Source: Amphiscolops sp. MND2022
Lineage: Eukaryota
Direction of reading: 5' to 3'
NCBI GenBank assembly: GCA_964187785.1
Contig: OZ076409.1
Location: 9,426,001 to 9,490,000 of the forward strand
Length of the DNA stretch: 64,000 nucleotides
Part shown: positions 59,096 to 64,000 of the stretch, piece after piece
Layout: each line of letters begins with the position of its first letter
Numbering within the stretch: position 1 is the first letter of the stretch
Program-made: the position numbers and the translations under genes
The notes under the pieces: model-generated
What the model saw: only the letters and a program-made list of their open reading frames with translations
The model's database searches: none
Told to the model about the DNA's origin: nothing

Positions 59096-62000
59096 TCAAT
59101 TCGTCTTCTTGTCTTTTCCAGACTTACTCTTCATTTTTTTTGATGCTCCTCCAGCTTCCAGGTCTCCACAGCGAGGAACTTCCAGGCTAACTCTGCTTAG
59201 TGAAGGGTCAGGGGACGGCGAACTATTTACACTGCTGTGCCGACTAACACTAGGTGTTGTACTGCTTGAAGTTATGGGTGGCTTCTCGGTTCGTAAAACG
59301 GCTTTCCTGTAGCCAGTCTCGAATTTTCCCAGTAACGCTGCTCGACGCGGGCTACTTCCTTTAAGGAAATTCCATACGGAAAATTTCTTGTCGGTAAGTA
59401 GATCCTCACCACGTCCCAGAAGCCGGAAGACTCGAGGGATAGATTTTGGATCACGATACAGACTTGATACGTGTGGGACAGTTAAATAGGAAGCCTGTAA
59501 ACTCCGCAAGCATGACTGAAAGGACTCAGTATTACCTTCTAAACGTAGAACTGGAACAGTGAATTCTGGAGACATTTCGATAAGAGGAGGCAAGCATAAG
59601 CAAGAGTACTTATAAAGCTGAAGCAACTCTGGACGACACCGGATCTCATAATGAGACGACAAAAAATGTACCCAATCTTCGTATTCTGGTATTGGTCCAG
59701 CACGGAGTTTAGTAACAAAGGAACGATACTGACTAATGATCTTTACTTTATCGCTGCTTGAAATCCACCCGGCACTAGAAAAGTAAGACGACAGCTTCTC
59801 AATTGCACTGGAATAGTGTTCCTCGGGACCCTCGATCATAACACTGGAGTCAAAAGCTGACAACCCCCTGATTAAGTCCGACTTTATGACATCGTGGCAC
59901 AGCAGTAACTTGCAAAAAGCCTTACAAAAGGCGATCGATTGGTCCACAAATTTCCCCGGACGGGGTAACCTACTTGCCAAAACCAACTTGTGGAAGTCTT
60001 CATTCAAAATAAATTCACTAGACGTCTTGTAAGGAAGCTCAGTTTGGTCGAGATCAATAGTGAGATATCTGTCCCAATCGGAAATACTCCCTAGCACACT
60101 ATCGGGTAGTATACTTTGTAATTGACTGTATATGAAGACGGCAAATTGATTGTACAAACGAAATCCGCCTTCAATGCGCTTCTGTACTTCCGAAAAGGCC
60201 GAATTATCTGAAACATACCAAAATCTACGTAATGGAACACATTTGTTCGGAATATATTATTGCACCAACACGTTTGGACAAACAACACAAAAACAGCACT
60301 AATTGATCAGCTATGTCTGAATCAATTTCATATGCTGCATAGTAATATGAAACGAGAGCAAACGTATAGTAAATATCTACACTATACGGAATATCATACG
60401 GGAACTATACGGCATTATGCGGATTGAAGCGCAATGAATACTCGCCATTATACGGATTGAAAGGAATTAACTATTCGGCATTATGCGGATCAAGGTATGA
60501 CGACTATACGTCACCATGCGGATCAAGGTATGACGACTATACGTCACCATGCGGATCGAGGTGCGACGACTATGCGTCACTATGCGGAAATAGCAGTGAC
60601 GATTATATGCTACTACCTTAGGCATTTACAAATGATTATACGCAAATATGCGAATGGAGATACGATGACTATTCATCATTGTTACAAAATTGAAAGCAAA
60701 TGCATGTGCTACAGTAAATGACTGGAAGAATGGATAAATGACGACCTCACGGCTCCTATTTCGAAACGGGAAGGCACGAATTACAAAATGATTGAACAGA
60801 AAATTTAAAAATCGGTAACAAATGATACTACAATACTTTATCAGAAGATGTGGAGCAACTAACAGTGGTCTAACACGCATCTGATGATGAAGAGTCTGGC
60901 TAAATAGGCTGTATCCAAGCGGAAACATTCGTCGAGAGTGTTCGGCTGAAATAAGAGAAAATATATTGAGTAACAAAGTAATTCCAAAGAAATGGGATTA
61001 TTGGGAAGTGTAATAACCTCTCTCATGTGGAATCGGTATACTGGGAGTCTTGCTACCTGGTTCAAATGCTCCCGAACACGATCCCAATGGTTTGACAATT
61101 CTTCAATGATAACTGATGCTTCATCTAATGAGTACTCGAGGCGAATTACACACTGAAACGAGAGACTTTAAGATTGTGTGAAACAAAATTGAAAACAGCC
61201 AAGAGTGAGAAATACCTTATGAAGGTAAGGCAAGCTCTGCAACCAGTCACGGTCAAGTGCAGTCCTCAATTTCATGAGGAGAAAGTCCAAAATTGTGCGA
61301 AAATCGTGACGTTCAATTATTTGGACTGTCGGCAGTGTTAAACTAACTTCGAGGTCGGTAGTCCCATAAGTATTGACAATACATGGTCTTTTTGAGCCTG
61401 GTAAAGTGTTTGACAAGCAATCATCTAACTTGTCTCCAACCCCAATAAGTGCAATACACGAAGGGGGAACGTCAAAAAGGCTGAGGAAAGAGGCAAGCAA
61501 ATTAAGAATCCTCCGGGGGAGTAATAGTCCTCGAGGAGAACTGCCTAAGCAGACACGGTGAAAGACATTCCCCGACCAGAATGATAAAATCACAAAGGAA
61601 TGGGTTGGTGAATGCTGTACTGCTAGTGAATATGCCCCAGAAGAAGTGGTCATGGTAACGCAGTAGTTCATCAATTCTCTGAACATGTACACGAGAATTC
61701 CCTGCTGAAAAAACATAGCATGAATAACAACCTAGTAAGGGAATGCTAACTAAGATCAGCAAGGTAGAGAAAAGTACTTACAAACACTCGTTGCTCACTC
61801 CAATTTTGGGTGGTCGATTGGTCATTGGACATCAGTCGAGACAATTCCTCGTAGATCCCTGTGAGGCTCTTAATGTGACCCGCATGTCTGAGTCCATGTT
61901 CCAAGACGGCGATTTGAAAGAGGACTTTGTCGGTCGGACTAGATACGACTCCTAGTGCAGGTACAGCAGATTGGCCGACCAAAGGATGACGTGAGTCCAA

Positions 62001-63539
62001 TTGGGGAGCAATTGGGTGGGAGTCTCTAGCCACCTTCTTTGCTTCCTGAAGGGCAATCCCTAGAATTTCCTTCCCATCCTTGTCAAACAGTGGGGTGCCA
62101 GGAATTTCCATGCGAATTCGGTGTTCTTTCGTCAAATGAGTGTCTGAACGGTAATGCGAAATTAATTCCAACGGTCCCCGGCTCATCAGCGATAGTTCCG
62201 TCCTACATACTCTACACCACCACTTGTAAGGTGTTTTCTCAGCATCCAGAGGACCGGTTGCGGAAAATTTAAGTACTGGATGTTTCCTGAGCATACTCAC
62301 TGTCAGTGAGTACCTAGGTCTCCTCCTCTTGCCATGTGTTGTCTGTTGCCTTTCATGCCCTTCAGATGACAGAGGTCTGGACGATGAGGGTCCGGGAAGG
62401 TCTTCCTGACTTGATGTAGCTAGGAGTGTAGGATCCAGAGTGTGATCCACGATAGTTAGCGATAAGGGCTGATTAGCATCTACCCCTTCGCCGGACATGA
62501 AGTTCTGTGGGATTCGTTCTAAGACACTACTTAGTGTCAGAATCTCCTGCCGAGTGACGTTAAGGCTGGGATAGGCAACGCCAGTAAAGTCCCCTTCAGT
62601 AGGAGCAGTGCGGGTGGTTTCTTGAAGTCCAAGATTTCCAATCTCATAATTGGCGGGGTCATCGAGTAGAGTGGGAATTTCCCCCGTAGCGTCATCAAGT
62701 AAAGTTGGAGTCAAATACTGCCCGAGTTGGAAAGGAGAAGCCTGGGCAATTTGGGGGGCAGGATAAGTCCCGGTAAAGTCATGCTGTAATACTGGATTAA
62801 AATCGCCCATGTTAGTGGTGGGGGTAGTTGCAGCTGTTTCACCAAGATTGACACGTCTATCTGGGGAGTGTAATTCAGCTCTCTGTTTTGGTTCCTGTGC
62901 TGAGCAGTTCTCTTCACGATTCACAGATGCAGGGGTAGTTACTACTTCTATACCCTCGTCAATGCTGAGAGGTTGAGCACTAGGAGACACAAAGGGAACT
63001 TGGAGACTGGCTGTTCTAGGCGAAGCTACTCCTAGTGGGGTAAACACTTTGTCAGGCGTCTTTACAGAAGGAGACTTTTCTGAAGTGGCGGAAGTTTTGT
63101 GAGGCGATTTTTCTGGTGAAGTCCGAGAAGTCCAGAGTTCAACTAAAACAATGATCTATTACCTAATGAAAGAAGGAAGTGGATCTGATCTAGCAAGCGA
63201 AACACGTTTGAAAATGCCTGAAACCGGACGCGGGGACAGGAAATGAAAGTAGAACGGAAGTAGCTTAGAAGTTCGAAGCGGAAACGTTTCAAAAAACCCG
63301 AATTTGGACTAGACATTTTCGCTAGCCATTTTCAAGCTGCAAGCCTGGCCAGCTTTGCAAAAAACCAAAAAGTCTCAAATCTGAATCAAAATGAACCAAA
63401 TCAAAACAAATGAGTTGAGCTTACCGGACATCGGATTGAGAGGTAAATCACTCCAAAAGTCGTCGCGGTGATGTGGCGATTGATCTTTTCTGGATCTTCG
63501 TTTGCCTGAAGAACCTGACCCGCCAGGTGTAGAATCCAT
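59096..63539 (-). CDS. E3 antisense spliced gene, predicted 6 exons (63539-63425, 63142-61782, 61704-61216, 61152-61018, 60945-60864, 60207-59096), about 1097 aa; BED-like zinc finger, hAT-transposase-like
   Basis: Five GT-AG introns with matching phases (1,0,0,0,1); the joined 3294 nt has no internal stop. WWCRVCRTELSLMSRGPLELISHYRSDTH; EELSNHWDRVREHL; C-terminal RPELLQLYKYSCLCLP; homologous to the E1 antisense gene. Confidence 0.78.
60400..60610 (+). repeat. 33-bp tandem repeat (ATGCGGATCAAGGTATGACGACTATACGTCACC-like) in the last intron of the E3 antisense gene
   Basis: Visible periodicity; related TATGCGG arrays at 51716-51900 and 63905-64000. Confidence 0.85.
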
Positions 63540-64000
63540 TATCCCACAAGAGTAATGAAATTATGCGAATTTGAAATTTTCCTGCTGGAAATGTTATGTA
63601 AAGAAGTCGGGGAAGATATGGATGAACTGCTTCTGTATGTGTGAACTACGACTAAAGACTGAACAAGGAAATTAACAATAAGTTGACTGAAAATGCAATA
63701 TACGTAAGAAGGCGTGGCGTAAAAGAAGGCAAAGAGCAAATGATGCAAGTTTGCGCAAATGTGCAAGAGAATACTATAATCTGATTGGTTAATTAAATGT
63801 CAATTTCGTCTGCCAGCGTGATTGATTGACTCATTGTGGATTCTGGATGAGAGAATACATGCAAATACGCTAATACGAACCAAATTGGAATGGTTTATAT
63901 GCTAGAGCATACGGCAGTATGCGGATCGACTAACAGCGAGTATACGGCAGTATGCGGAATTGCAGTGACGAGTATGCGGCAGTATGCGGAATTGCAGGCA

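Larger units (their letters stand above)
51388..64000 (+). mobile_element. E3: Ty3/Gypsy element related to E1, extending beyond the window; 5' boundary inferred
   Basis: gag and pol homologous to E1, same PBS, antisense accessory gene. Similarity of the flank to 29163-29251 stops just before TGT at 51388. Confidence 0.9.

Noticed and set aside
60400..60610. 33-bp repeats as a CRISPR array or coding repeat (ORFs 60424-60621, 60497-60721)
   Set aside because: Degenerate tandem repeat inside a predicted intron; the ORFs are by-products of a unit length divisible by 3.

Overview
Eukaryotic, probably invertebrate animal, repeat-rich DNA with a 200-N gap at 66-265. About 70% of the window is three large Ty3/Gypsy (Metaviridae-type, PR-RT-RH-IN order) LTR retroelements on the + strand. 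E1 (11689-26887) has 1101-bp near-identical LTRs, a CTTGG target-site duplication (TSD) and intact gag and pol joined by a -1 frameshift. E2 (29308-47614) has 418-bp LTRs, a TTAT TSD, a damaged gag-pro-pol, an env-like ORF resembling chuvirus/gB-type class III fusion glycoproteins, and three unassigned accessory ORFs. E3 (from about 51388, running past the window end) is a relative of E1 with a damaged pol. Main observation: E1 and E3 each carry, antisense and downstream of pol, a multi-exon GT-AG spliced gene that assembles by hand into an uninterrupted protein of about 1,095 aa. The two genes have two introns at identical positions and a third nearly so, a BED-like zinc finger, and hAT-transposase-like motifs apparently lacking catalytic residues. 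The only host-like gene is a two-exon DUF4291-like gene with a GC-AG intron that contains a solo LTR. The remainder is MITEs, Helentron-like elements, a tRNA-derived sequence and tandem repeats. All family assignments are by eye; no database search was run.
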